Of a stretch of 64,000 nucleotides of DNA, positions 41,250 through 53,108 are shown piece by piece. This DNA comes from Marsupella aquatica. Taxonomy: Eukaryota > Plantae > Marchantiophyta. Both the position numbers and the translations under genes were made by a program. The notes under the pieces were generated by a model that had not been told where the DNA came from, made no database searches, and worked only from the letters and a program-made list of their open reading frames with translations. The stretch is taken from the NCBI GenBank assembly GCA_973895155.1, contig OZ316896.1:8081539-8145538 (forward strand), in the 5' to 3' direction. Positions within the stretch are counted from its first letter, which is position 1, and each line of letters begins with the position of its first letter.

Positions 41250-44200
41250 TGTTATAACCCCTAAGAGAAGTCTACCTAAGGTTAGAACACATAGGACGGT
41301 TATACCACTAACCGCCTTAACAACAACCTCATGTACATATACCTTTGGATGAGTAAAGTGTGGCATCTTGATGTGTGAAGTTAAACACGTTATCAGCACG
41401 AAGGTGCTCACCAGTTTTTGGGGTGTGGATAGCCATCGCGAGTGACCACGACATTGGACAGACGGATAGACCAGGAGGATTCAATTTTTTTTTCGATAAG
41501 CCCTCAATTCCAGTAGAAAATCCCCCCCCCACCCCCGATTATAATTGGCGACCTCGATGGATCGAAGATGGATCACAAATCCATAAGTTCAGCAGCCAGA
41601 AATACACCAAATTCAACATCGAGAACGAATTTCCTTCACCAAATTACAACGCTGACCTCTGCATACTTTGCACCGAAGTGAAAACAGGAATGGCCATTGG
41701 ATGTTCACCACACTAGACTGAAAACGGCTGAGCAAGTATTCCCGCGAAGCTATCCTATTGGAAACAATGGCTACAAGCACCATCGAGAAACTCTATTTTC
41801 AGGCCCTGTGCATCGATGGTTCCAATTTCCTATCGTGGACATTGGACGTCGAGGCCCATCTGGCATCCAAGAACTTGGAGGACACTATCCTCACCGATAA
41901 CGGCCCCACCCTCCAGGAGAAGGCCAAGGCGCTGATCCTGATCAGACACCACCTAGCAGACTCCTTGAAGCGCCAATACATGAATGCATACAACCCCCGA
42001 GTACTTTGGGACGAGCTCCACGCCAGGTTCGACCATACATGCACAATATTTCTACCTGCAGCAAGACACGACTGGATTAATCTACGGGTGCAAGACCACA
42101 AGACGATTGCCGAATACAATAGCGAATTGTTCCGCATCGTTTCCCAACTGGCAATTTGCGGACACCCAGTGGGCGACGAAGAACAAATCGAAAAAACACT
42201 CTCAACATTTCATTCGACAAATCTGGTACTATCTACACAATATCGCAACATGCGATTCACTACATACTCAGAACTGATTTCTCATATGTTATTAGCAGAG
42301 AAATATCAAATCCTCTTACTACAGAACACCAAGCAAAGACCCCCCGGCACTCTACCTCCTCAACTGAACCCCGAAACTCACTTCAACACTTGGAGACGTG
42401 GTTCGTCCTCGACATACAGGGGTAGAGGGAGCAATAGAGGAAGGAATACCTTCCGTGGACGTGGCAACTCTTCACCACGTGGGGGGAGATATCAACTTCG
42501 AGGCGGAAGGGGTCGAGGGAGATCTCAACCCGGGAGAACTCGAAACAACTGGACGAGAAACAACGCGAATTCAGATAAGTCAGACAACCCAATCATTTGC
42601 CATCGATGCGGGACTAAAGGACACATTAAGAAAACATGTCGAGCCCCGGCCCACTTAGTCGCATTATACCAAAAGCAACAACAAAATGATGAATATGAAA
42701 CGCACGGGGCATTTCTAGAAATGCCCAATATCCTACCCGAAATGCACCTCGCTTTACAGCCTGAGATGCAGATGACTCCCGATGACCCCACCTTCTGCAT
42801 ATTGGACAGTGGGACTTCCCACTCGATACTACGGATCAAAACTTACTTCACGCACATCACCCCATCACAACGTAGAGTGACAACAATAATGGGCCACCAT
42901 CAATTAGAGGAGGGACATGGCCCTGCCAAACTGCTACTCCCTGAGGGCACACCTATTCATATACAGTCCGCCATATACGCCCCCAAGGCCACACGGAACC
43001 TCCTAAGCTTCAAGGATATTCGAGAAAATGGCCTACATATCCATACGAGCATTCAGGACTCCAAAGAAGTATTACACATTATCGCCATTACACAAAATGG
43101 CACAGAAATCAAAGAAACATTGATAGCCTTCCAAACGGGGTTCTATCCCATTCGGATCACCACCTTCCATACCGAGACCCATACACCCTCACCCACCAAA
43201 ATATGGCACCGCCGTTTGGGCCATCCTGCCACGCAATGTTTTACAAAATCATCAAAGACACTCAGGGAATACCATCTACCGTGCACCCAACCTCAATCAA
43301 AACCCCCTGCTTGGCCTGCTCGCAGGGGAAACTTACTGTCAGACCATCACCCTCAACCACAGACAAGAACATACCTCAATTCCTAGAACGTATCCACGCA
43401 GATGTCTGCGGCCCCGTAGACCCACCAAGTGGCCCCTTCAGATTCTTCCTGGCAACTATAGACGCCTCATCAAAATGGTCCCAAGTATCCCTCTTATCCA
43501 CCCGAAACTTAGTTTTCTCACGCCTGCTTGCCCACATCATACGTCTGAAAGCCCAATTCCCGATCACCCAATCCAGACCTTACGTGTAGACAACGCTGGG
43601 GAATTTACATCAAAGACATTTGACAATTTTTGTCAGGCAGCAGGGATAGAGGTGGAATACCCGGTAGCATATGTCCACTTCCAGGATGGAATCGCTGAAT
43701 CCCTGATTAAGAGACTACAATTCATAGCGAGACCCCTATTAATGCAAACACAACTCCCACCCACAGCATGGGGACATGCTATTCTGCATGCTCCATCCTT
43801 ACTCCGATACAGACCATCCGCCTTCAATACTAGTTCCCCACATCATCTGGCATTTGGAACAACACCGAACCTGGCTCACTTAAGAACATTTGGGTGCCAG
43901 GTACTGGTACCCATTATGGGACCCAAGAGGACCAAATTGGGCCCACAACGTCAGAAAGGAATTTACATCGGATTTGACTCCACATCCATAATACGCTACC
44001 TAGAACCTACTACCGCAGACGTATACAAAGCCCGCTTTGTCGACTGCCACTTTTATGAGAATATATTCCCAACCCTGAGTACCGGTCAGAAGACCACAAC
44101 ACCGCCAAGATTAACATGGCAACTCAATTCTAACTTCTGGAATGACCCTAGGACAGCACAAACCGATACGGAAGTCCAACGGATCTTACATCTCAACAGA

Positions 44201-46951
44201 ATAATGGAAGAGCTCCCAAATGCATTTGCCGATACCGCCAAAGTCACCAGATCCCACATCCCTGCAGCCAACACACCATCCAAAATTGAGATAGATAACC
44301 AACCAGTAAACAATGTAGAACCAAGGAAGAAGCGGGGACGCCCACTCGGGGCCACTGACAAACAACCACGACAGAGGAGAACACCCCTTAGCAACCCCAT
44401 TAACACCCCTCCATCTGAAAATGACGAAATCGCTATCAACTACAACTCTACCGGCAATATCTGGAACAGAGACACATCGGTCCCAGATAACATATTCGCA
44501 CTCCAGATATCACAAGAGATCATGGAGGACTCACCCGATCCAACAACGATATTTGAAGCCCAAAAGCAACAAGATTGGCCAGAATGGCAAATAGCCATTA
44601 ATTCGGAGCTGGACTCACTGATATCCCGACAAGTCTTTGGACCGATCAGGCCGGCCCTACCCCATACCCACCTCACCGGATATAAATGGACCTTCATTAA
44701 GAAACGGGATGCACAAGGCAAGATTGTGAGATACAAGGCCCGATTAGTAGCTAAGGGATTTACTCAAATCCCTGGCAGAGACTATGACCTAACCTACTCA
44801 CCGGTCATGGATGTCATCACCTACCGATACCTCATAGCATTCGCAATCCACAACAAATTAACAATGCACCAACTGGACATTGTTACTGCTTACCTTTACG
44901 GCCACCTTGACACCACAATCTACATGGAAGCCCCCCCGAGCTCTTAACCAGAGTAAACTACCACATTAAGGGGGAGCAAGCAAAAACAAGCTATCCAACG
45001 AAAAATGACGGCCCTTTTGGCCACACAAACAAGGCAGTGCTACACACCACAGCAAAAGCGATAGGATGGCAGGCTTCTACTAAGCCAACACCAGAACAAT
45101 CAGCACTTACTGCTAGGACCCGCTTTGCTGTTCAAGTCCTTCGATCAATGTATGGGTTAAAGCAGAGCGGTAGAACATGGTATAAACATTTCAAGAACGA
45201 AATGCTAGCCATGGGATTCAAAACTTCTGACTTGACCCCCTGCTTATTCATTAAACACGAAAAGCAGGAAATCATGATAGTGGCCATCTATGTGGATGAT
45301 CTCAACTTATTTGGGACACCAATAATCCTGCAAGAAACGATTCGTCAGCTGAACAAGATATTTGAAATCAGAGATTTAGGCAGAACTACATTTTGCCTCG
45401 GACTGCAGTTCGAACACCTACACACAGGAATCCTACTCCATCAATCCACTTACACTCGAAGGATGCTGAAACAATTCAACATGCAGACAATAAAACCAGT
45501 TAAATCACCAATGGATTTACGCTCACTGGATAGAGACAAAGACATTTTTCGAAAACGATCTGAGGGGGAGCCACTGCTTGGCTCAGAAAAGCCATATCTG
45601 TCAGCCATAGGAGCTTTATTATTTCTGGCCTCCTAGACACGTCCTGACATTGCATTCGCAGTTAATCTTCTGGCACGTCATAGCGCACAACCAACGATAA
45701 GACATTGGAACGGCATCAAACGAATACTCCGATATTTAAGCGGCACCATCGACTTCGGATTATTCTACCCCTACAACATGGATATTACATTGACTGGCTA
45801 CGCGGATGCTGGCTATCTGTCCGACCCGGCAGACGCGAAATCACAAACAGGGTACGTCTTTATGCTTGGACCTACTGCTATTTCTTGGAGAAGTACAAAG
45901 TAGTCACTCACAACAACTTCTTCGAATCACTCCGAGATTATCGCACTGTATGAAGCCAGTCGGGAATGTATCTGGCTACGAAACATAATCCAATATATTC
46001 AAGACACAACAGGTATGCTGAAATTACTACCACCTACAGTCATTTACGAAGATAATTGGCTTTGCATAGAGCAGATTTCAGCTGGATACATTAAAGGCGA
46101 CAGGACAAAACACATTGCTCCCAAATTTTTCTTTGCACATGAACAGCAGGGAGACACAATCAACGTCCAATGGATCCCGAGCTCTAAAAATAACGCAGAC
46201 CTATTTACTAAACCATTACCGCCAGTTATCCATACTGCTCTTACTAAATCCATCGGCCTGCATAGTTTACTTGAACTGACACAGGAAAAGGGATAATGAA
46301 AGAATCAACGATTGAGGGGGAGTATGAACTCCCCTACAAACACCAACAAATGCGGACCCCACCACCGATCGCACGCAGCTTCAATGAAGAAACGTACCTC
46401 CATGACCAGCAGGCGGACGCGGCCCAGAATGACCACTCTCACAAACCGCAACAACGACTATCAACCGACACCACATACAGTCAACCATTCGAACATGGCG
46501 CGACGAGCGACGAGCAACGACAACCTAAATCTTATCAAACCCACATCAACAGACGACCAAATACCCTTAGCTCTCTTACATATAACATATCCAGACTTAG
46601 CAACGTCAAAACACTTTAGGAATACCAAATTATTCCTTTACATAGTTTAAATTACAAATGAAGATAGGGGTGGTAATACTCTTTCCTCCCACAAGAAAGG
46701 AGGGGAGGTTTTGATGAGGTTACACCCCATCTTCCATACAAAACTTACTTTATAATAAGTAGACTTTCAATGTCTGTAACTTTACCCCCACAAAAGTTAC
46801 ATCCAAGGGGGAGTGTTATAACCCCTAAGAGAAGTCTACCTAAGGTTAGAACACATAGGACGGTTATACCACTAACCGCCTTAACAACAACCTCATGTAC
46901 ATATACCTTTGGATGAGTAAAGTGTGGCATCTTGATGTGTGAAGTTAAACA
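41250..46951 (+). mobile_element. Ty1/copia LTR retrotransposon, Bianca-like, full length
   Basis: 138-bp LTRs at 41250-41387 and 46814-46951, identical by eye. TSD CAAAT at 41245-41249 and 46952-46956; PBS-position motif CGTTATCAGCACG; PPT AAGGGGGAG. Confidence 0.96.
41767..46296 (+). pseudogene. Copia gag-PR-IN-RT-RNaseH with 3 frameshifts and 2 stops
   Basis: CHRCGTKGHIKKTC, ILDSGTSH, WHRRLGHP, HADVCGP, DNAGEF, YKARLVAKG, YGLKQSGR, YVDD and ADLFTKPL. Frameshifts near 43230, 43560 and 44935; TAG stops at 45634 and 45901. Confidence 0.93.
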
Positions 46952-47439
46952 CAAATGAATTATATTTGGTGTGAATGAAAAAGTGAATGCACCTGTCCCC
47001 AAACTAGAAGGAAAGAGACAAAGTATTCTCTTTACCATCCATGTATACAAATTATATGCTCTTCCCTCTACTATCCATGTTATACCATGCCCCTCCCTCT
47101 ACCATCCATGTTACCTCTCTTAACTCCCACCTTCTACCATCCATGCAATACCATGCTCCTCCCTCTACCATCCATGATATATCATCCATGCATACAACGT
47201 TACATAATGATAGTAGTGTAGTTTAATTGCAAATATCACATGGTCAATCAAGTAGGCATAATCTAATCAATGAGAGAAAAAGAAACCAAAAAGTAATAAA
47301 ACAGAGGGAACCAGGGGGGGTTGGTTGGTTTGGGGTCAGTGGTTTGTTGAGCTTTGAAAGGAAAAAAAGCAAAGGGAAAAATCATTGTCACTCTGTTATA
47401 CTTTGGTGGTTGATGTCGCCTCTCTTTGAGTCATGATAT

Positions 47440-48134
47440 CTCTTACTCAACAACATGTTTTATGCAATGAGATCTTTCTAACAAACAAAATCTTTTACTC
47501 AAGCTATCTTTAGCAACATGGTAATTTTTCTCAACTACATCTTTAGCACAACCTCATCTGTTATGCATTGACATCTTTCAACAAACAATATCGTTTAGTA
47601 AATCAAATGCAAGGGCATTTTGGGTAAAAAGCAAAACAAAGAAAAAGACTCGCTCCTTCTCTCCTTGACTTTTTACTTCAATACATCTTTCCCATAACAG
47701 TAACTTGGGTGAAACGACACCTTTTTTCTTATAACATCTTTTATTTCACGATATCTTTAGCAAAATGACACCTTTTCCTTATCAACATCTTTCACATAAT
47801 GGCATCTTTGGCAAAACTATTTCTTTTTATTTAACGACATCATTTTATTTCATGACATCTTTCACATAACAACATCTTGAGCAACATGACATCTTTAATT
47901 TGTGAAACGCATGGGTATTTCCCCCCAACAATGTCTTGGCCAACATGACATCTTTTCTTTCGATGACGTCTTTGCCGACACGACATCTTTTTCTCATTCA
48001 ATGACATCTTGGCCAACATGACATTTTTTTCTTGATGACATCTTGGCCGACATGACATCTTTTGTCTCAACGACTTCTTGGCCGACACAACACATTATTT
48101 CTCAACGATATCTTGGCCGACATGACATCTTTTT
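47440..48134. repeat. Degenerate ~35-bp satellite (GACATCTTGGCCGACATGACATCTTTTTT), resuming at 54738-54880 after the Copia insertion
   Basis: Repeated ACATCTT units that become more regular toward the insertion site. Confidence 0.85.
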
Positions 48135-48394
48135 TGTTGAGCATAGACGACGATCGCAACGGCAAGCCCATGAACCATCCAACGCACAATAGTCGACACA
48201 AGAGATACGTGGTTCACCTCCTTGAGGCTACGTCCACGGGAACACACAAGAGAGCTTTACTGAACTCTAAGCCCGTCGGCTATACCGAGTCTCCACAGTG
48301 TAAGCTCTCCCTATCTCTCAAGTGGCTCCATAACAATGAGCCTTGGTTCTACCTCTCCAAGCACACATGCCTCTTATGATATAGTGTGCAACTT

Positions 48395-48574
48395 AGTTGT
48401 ACCTAACCACATAGTTGTACCTAACCACATAGTTGTACCTAATCACGTAGTTGTACCTAACCACATAGTTGTACCTAATCACGTAGTTGTACCTAACCAC
48501 ATAGTTGTACCTAATCACGTAGTTGTACCTAACCACGTAGTTGTACCAACCCACGTTGTTGTACCAACCACGTC
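48395..48574. repeat. 10 x 18-bp LTR minisatellite (second copy at 54523-54702)
   Basis: Unit AGTTGTACCTAA(C/T)CAC(A/G)T. Confidence 0.95.
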
Positions 48575-48800
48575 ATACCTAACCTAGACGTAAGAGTAAA
48601 TACCCAACAATCTTCCCCTTGACTCTGGTCTAGGGGAGAGTAATACTGCCAATGTATATGATCCCTCAGCGGGAAGTTCTGGACAGAAACCAAACCGGTT
48701 TCCCTCTCTAACTAGAGCAAACCAGAACTAAGCCGTAGCCTAATACATAGGAATGAGGAAGAGCATATATCAGTAATTACAATGAATGTTTAAGAAAACT

Positions 48801-51800
48801 CTACTTGTGATGCAATTGCAAAACCTGCAATACGTCACGGTGTCTAGAGAAACTCTCCAAAGGAATCACTTTGGTAAATGCGTCAGCCGGGTTGAGTTTA
48901 CCATCAATCTTGACTAGCTCAAACAATTTATCAGACACAGCCTGCCTGATAAAATGGTACCTGACGTCAATGTGCTTCACTCTGCTGTCCATCACCTGGT
49001 TCACAGCAAGGTGGAGCGCACTTTGACTATCACAATGGAGCTTCACATTCCCCTGTGGCAATCCCATTTCAGTGATAAGTCTATCCAACCAAATCGCTTC
49101 CTTTGCTGCTTCCGCAGCTGCAACATACTCCGCTTCTGTAGTAGACTGAGCAATACACTTCTGCAAAGTAGACCTCCAACTTATGCATCCACCGCCAAGT
49201 GTGAACACGTATCCTGTTGTTGATCTCCTTCGGTCCAAATCTTGTCCATAGTCAGAATCTACATAGCCAATCAATGATCTAGCATTCTTTGCATTCGCAT
49301 CAAATAAAAGACCATGATCCACGGTACCCTTCAAGTACCTGATAATCCACTTCACTGCTTCCCAGTGTACCTTCCCTGGATTCGACATGTACCTGCTCAC
49401 CTTGCCCATAGCCATGGCAAGATCAGGTCTAGTGCAAGTCATCAAATACATGAGACTCCCCACTGCCTTGTCATATGGAACCTTTGACATCAACCCCTTC
49501 TCTGTGTCATCCGTAGGACAGAACGCTGATGATAACTTGAAGTGTGGAGCCAACGGGGTACTTACTGGCTTGCTATTCTCCATGTTGAACCTTGCAATTA
49601 CCTTCCTCGCATAACTGCTCTGCGTCAACCATAGCTTGCCAGCCTCCAAGTCCCTAGTGATCTCCATACCCAAAATCCTCTTAGCTGGCCCTAAGTCCTT
49701 CATCTTAAACTCTGCACTAAGCAGTGCCTTGAGCTTAACAATCTCAGACCTATCCTTGGCTGCAATTAGCATGTCATCCACATAAAGTACTAAAACAATG
49801 AACCCAAAGACAACATTCTTCACCGGTTTCAAATACACACAAGGGTCAAATACACTTCTGTGAAAACCTTGTGACCGAATCCAATCGTCAAACCGCTTGT
49901 TCCACTGTCTTGGTGACTGCTTCAACCCATACAAGGATTTCAGCAATCTGCAAACCAATTCCTCCTGTCCTCTCTTCACAAAACCTAGCGGTTGTCTCAT
50001 GAAGATCACCTCTTCCAATGTGCCATAGAGGAAAGCTGTGACAACATCCATCTGATCTAGGAGCAGACCAAACATTACAACAAGTACACACAATAGTCGT
50101 ATTGTAGAGTACTTAGCAACTGGTGAGAAGACCTCATTGTAATCCACACCTTTCTCTTGTGTGAATCCCTTTGCTACCAATCTAGCCTTGTAGACCTTCG
50201 ATCCACCTCCTATGGAATTATCCTTCAGCTTGTAAATCCACTTGCTGTCCACCACTTGCTGACCCTTAGGCAGCTTAACAAGCTCCCAAGTTTTGTTGTC
50301 CTTTAGTGACTGCATCTCTGTTTGCATTGCTGCAGTCCACTTTTGCTTCTCCTTTGAAGCACTTGCCTCATGAAATGAAGAAGGTTCTCCTTCTTCCAAA
50401 ATTAACGCATCACCCTCATCATCAGCTGTAAAATCATCCTCTTGCAGTTGAGATGAATCAACCCACTGTCCATACCTTGATGGAGCGCGTACAGTGCGAC
50501 CAGATGTTCTTCTAGCCGATGACTCCGGTTGATCTGCGTGTGCTGGTACAATTTGAAGCTCAACAGCATCCACTTGCTGCTCACCAGCATCAACAAACTC
50601 CTCTGGTTCCTCTGGCACAGGAACCAGCTCCATAATTGGAGCAACTCCTTCTCTCCGGTCATGCACCTCATAACCAATCTCCCCCTCAACGAGATCCGGG
50701 ATAGGAGATTTTCTTTTGTCAGTACGGGAGACCTGAGTATTCTCCCCCTCCTTCAATAATCTGGATTCATTGAAGGAAACATCCCTACTGACAACGAGCT
50801 TACAGGCAATAGGATCCCATAGCCTATAGGCTTTCACACCACTCTGGTACCCAAGAAAAACACATTTCCTGGAGGTAGGATCCAACTTGGTCCTATTCTG
50901 CTTTGGTGTGAGAGCATATGCATCACTTCCAAAAATTACCAAGCCATGATAGTCTGCTTGCCGCTTATAGCGCATCTCAAACGGCGTTTTGAAATTGATA
51001 GCACTAGAAGGAGAAAGATTTACCAAATAAGCTGCGGTATTGACAGCTTCTGCCCAAAATTCTTGTGGTAAACCTGATTGGCTCAACATACTCCGTGACC
51101 GCTCCAACAGTGTCCGATTGAGCCTCTCAGCGACACCATTCTGCTGCGGAGTATAAACTGTGGTGAGATGGCGAGTTATCCCCTGTTCTGAACAGTACTC
51201 TTCAAATTCCATTGAAGTGTACTCCCCGCCGTTGTCTGACCTCAAACTCTTCACCCTTGTATCCAAACACTTGATCGTGTTTCCAGTCTGATTCTCCACC
51301 TGGGCCTTCCATTTCTTAAAAATGGACAAGACATCAGACTTATGCGTCATGAAATAAATCCACACAAATCTTGAGTAATCATCAATAAATGATACATAGT
51401 ACAACTTTCCAGAGTGTGAGGGAGTCGGGGATGGACCCCACACGTCACTATGTATGTACTCAAGAACCGCTTTGGAACGATGAGTTCCAACACCAAAAGC
51501 ACGACGATGCTGCTTTCCAAGAATGCAATGCTCACAAAACTCTAATTTACAAGATTGCAAATCAGAAATGAGTCCATTCTTCCGTAAGATAGCCAAACCC
51601 TTCTCACTCATGTGGCCTAGCCGTGAATGCCACAGTTGAGTCATCTCCTCGTGAGACTTGGTTACATTGGCCTCTCCACATACAGTATTGCCCTGTAACA
51701 CATACAAATTCTTTTGTCTACTCCCCTTCAAAATCACTGTCTCTCCCGACCTGACTTGAAGTTCACCATCAATAACGCTCCATTGATGACCATTTGAATC

Positions 51801-52073
51801 CATCACACCGAGTGAAATCAGATTCTTACGCATGCCAGGTACATACCTGACTCCGGACACTGTGCGCACAGCGCCATCAAACATTTGAATCTTCACAAAC
51901 CCAATTCCCTCAATTTGACAGGAGTGATCATTTCCCATCAGAACTGAACCGTTTGAAATAGAGTAAGAACTGAAAAACTCACGAATGTAACAAATATGAA
52001 AAGAGCAAGCACAATCAAGAATCCACACATCATCTGCTCTCCTAGATGACGTGCACAGGGCATACCCCCGGCT
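48801..52073 (-). CDS. pol: Copia Pol (PR-IN-RT-RNaseH), uninterrupted and in the same frame as gag
   Basis: WILDCACSFH, WHSRLGH, HSDVWGP, SDNGGEY, YKARLVAKG, YGLKQ, LYVDDM and ADAFTK. Confidence 0.95.
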   Translation of the reverse strand, partial: SRGYALCTSSRRADDVWILDCACSFHICYIREFFSSYSISNGSVLMGNDHSCQIEGIGFVKIQMFDGAVRTVSGVRYVPGMRKNLISLGVMDSNGHQWSVIDGELQVRSGETVILKGSRQKNLYVLQGNTVCGEANVTKSHEEMTQLWHSRLGHMSEKGLAILRKNGLISDLQSCKLEFCEHCILGKQHRRAFGVGTHRSKAVLEYIHSDVWGPSPTPSHSGKLYYVSFIDDYSRFVWIYFMTHKSDVLSIFKKWKAQVENQTGNTIKCLDTRVKSLRSDNGGEYTSMEFEEYCSEQGITRHLTTVYTPQQNGVAERLNRTLLERSRSMLSQSGLPQEFWAEAVNTAAYLVNLSPSSAINFKTPFEMRYKRQADYHGLVIFGSDAYALTPKQNRTKLDPTSRKCVFLGYQSGVKAYRLWDPIACKLVVSRDVSFNESRLLKEGENTQVSRTDKRKSPIPDLVEGEIGYEVHDRREGVAPIMELVPVPEEPEEFVDAGEQQVDAVELQIVPAHADQPESSARRTSGRTVRAPSRYGQWVDSSQLQEDDFTADDEGDALILEEGEPSSFHEASASKEKQKWTAAMQTEMQSLKDNKTWELVKLPKGQQVVDSKWIYKLKDNSIGGGSKVYKARLVAKGFTQEKGVDYNEVFSPVAKYSTIRLLCVLVVMFGLLLDQMDVVTAFLYGTLEEVIFMRQPLGFVKRGQEELVCRLLKSLYGLKQSPRQWNKRFDDWIRSQGFHRSVFDPCVYLKPVKNVVFGFIVLVLYVDDMLIAAKDRSEIVKLKALLSAEFKMKDLGPAKRILGMEITRDLEAGKLWLTQSSYARKVIARFNMENSKPVSTPLAPHFKLSSAFCPTDDTEKGLMSKVPYDKAVGSLMYLMTCTRPDLAMAMGKVSRYMSNPGKVHWEAVKWIIRYLKGTVDHGLLFDANAKNARSLIGYVDSDYGQDLDRRRSTTGYVFTLGGGCISWRSTLQKCIAQSTTEAEYVAAAEAAKEAIWLDRLITEMGLPQGNVKLHCDSQSALHLAVNQVMDSRVKHIDVRYHFIRQAVSDKLFELVKIDGKLNPADAFTKVIPLESFSRHRDVLQVLQLHHK

Positions 52074-53108
52074 TCATAAAACATACTCATCATTGAGTAA
52101 ATCAGCTTCTCCATCAGCCCTAGCCACATTTGCCGATGAAGTTTCCGCTGCCTTTCCCTTACAGTCTCGCTTGAAGTGTCCAACTTGGTTGCACTTCCAA
52201 CATGTCACCTGCCTCCTCTGAGGGGATTTACCCTTGGACTTAGATCTGGATTTAGATCTAAACTGGGTTCTACGGTCCCCAGTTGGTCGCTGCATACTCC
52301 TCCCACGGTTAACATTGAGGGCAGCACCAGATGATGAAGGCTGTGACGTGATGTGCATCTTCTGCTGAAGATCATCACTAAGCAGAGAACTTACCACGTC
52401 ATTGTATGAAATGGTATCCCTATCACGATGCAACAACACTCGTGATAGGGACTGGTAAGATGGAGGCAATGAACTAAGAAGCTGCAGAGCCTTCGTCTCA
52501 TCATTCAAAGTCTCCCCAAGGTTTTCCAAGTCAACGACCATGTCGTTGAAAGCATCCACATGGTCTTGCAACTTCGTACCAGATTCCTTCATCCTGAAAC
52601 TCATCAGTTTGTAGGAAGTGTAGAGCCGGTTCGACAACTCCTTGCGGTGATACTTGCTCTGCAATTCCGCAAATAAGGACATGCAATCCTTATGTGCACC
52701 CAACTGCTTGATGATGGGAGGCATGAGATAGAGTGTAACACACCACACTCCCTGCTCCTGCATGCGGTCCCATTGTTTCTCATCAACATCGTCTTCACGA
52801 GGGCTCAGCAGTTGGCCCATCCCTGAAGCATTAAGCACTCCCTTCACCTGCTTCTCCCATAGCAAGTAGTCAGAGCGCCCATCATACTTTGTCACTTCAT
52901 ACTTGGGTCCCCCAAGCTTGAAAGTCCCCATCTTCTTCTTTACCGTGAGCTCCGGTAGTAGTACTGCTTCCTCCACCACACGCCGCACCGGTGATGGTAT
53001 CGGTGTCACGTGCTCTTCCTCCTGCTCCTCTCTCTGCCCCTGAAACCTCCGCGGTGACCCTCGTGCTTCAAGTTCCACGTCTTCGAAAAACTCCTCCGAA
53101 TCACTCAT
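52074..53108 (-). CDS. gag: Copia Gag (344 aa)
   Basis: KYDGRSDYLLW, LLSSLPPSY and CWKCNQVGHFKRDC; ends in TGA at 52074-52076. Confidence 0.92.
   Translation of the reverse strand: MSDSEEFFEDVELEARGSPRRFQGQREEQEEEHVTPIPSPVRRVVEEAVLLPELTVKKKMGTFKLGGPKYEVTKYDGRSDYLLWEKQVKGVLNASGMGQLLSPREDDVDEKQWDRMQEQGVWCVTLYLMPPIIKQLGAHKDCMSLFAELQSKYHRKELSNRLYTSYKLMSFRMKESGTKLQDHVDAFNDMVVDLENLGETLNDETKALQLLSSLPPSYQSLSRVLLHRDRDTISYNDVVSSLLSDDLQQKMHITSQPSSSGAALNVNRGRSMQRPTGDRRTQFRSKSRSKSKGKSPQRRQVTCWKCNQVGHFKRDCKGKAAETSSANVARADGEADLLNDEYVL

Noticed and set aside
48336-48587. (VVPNHI)n ORF, also at 54464-54715
   Set aside because: By-product of an 18-bp LTR minisatellite.
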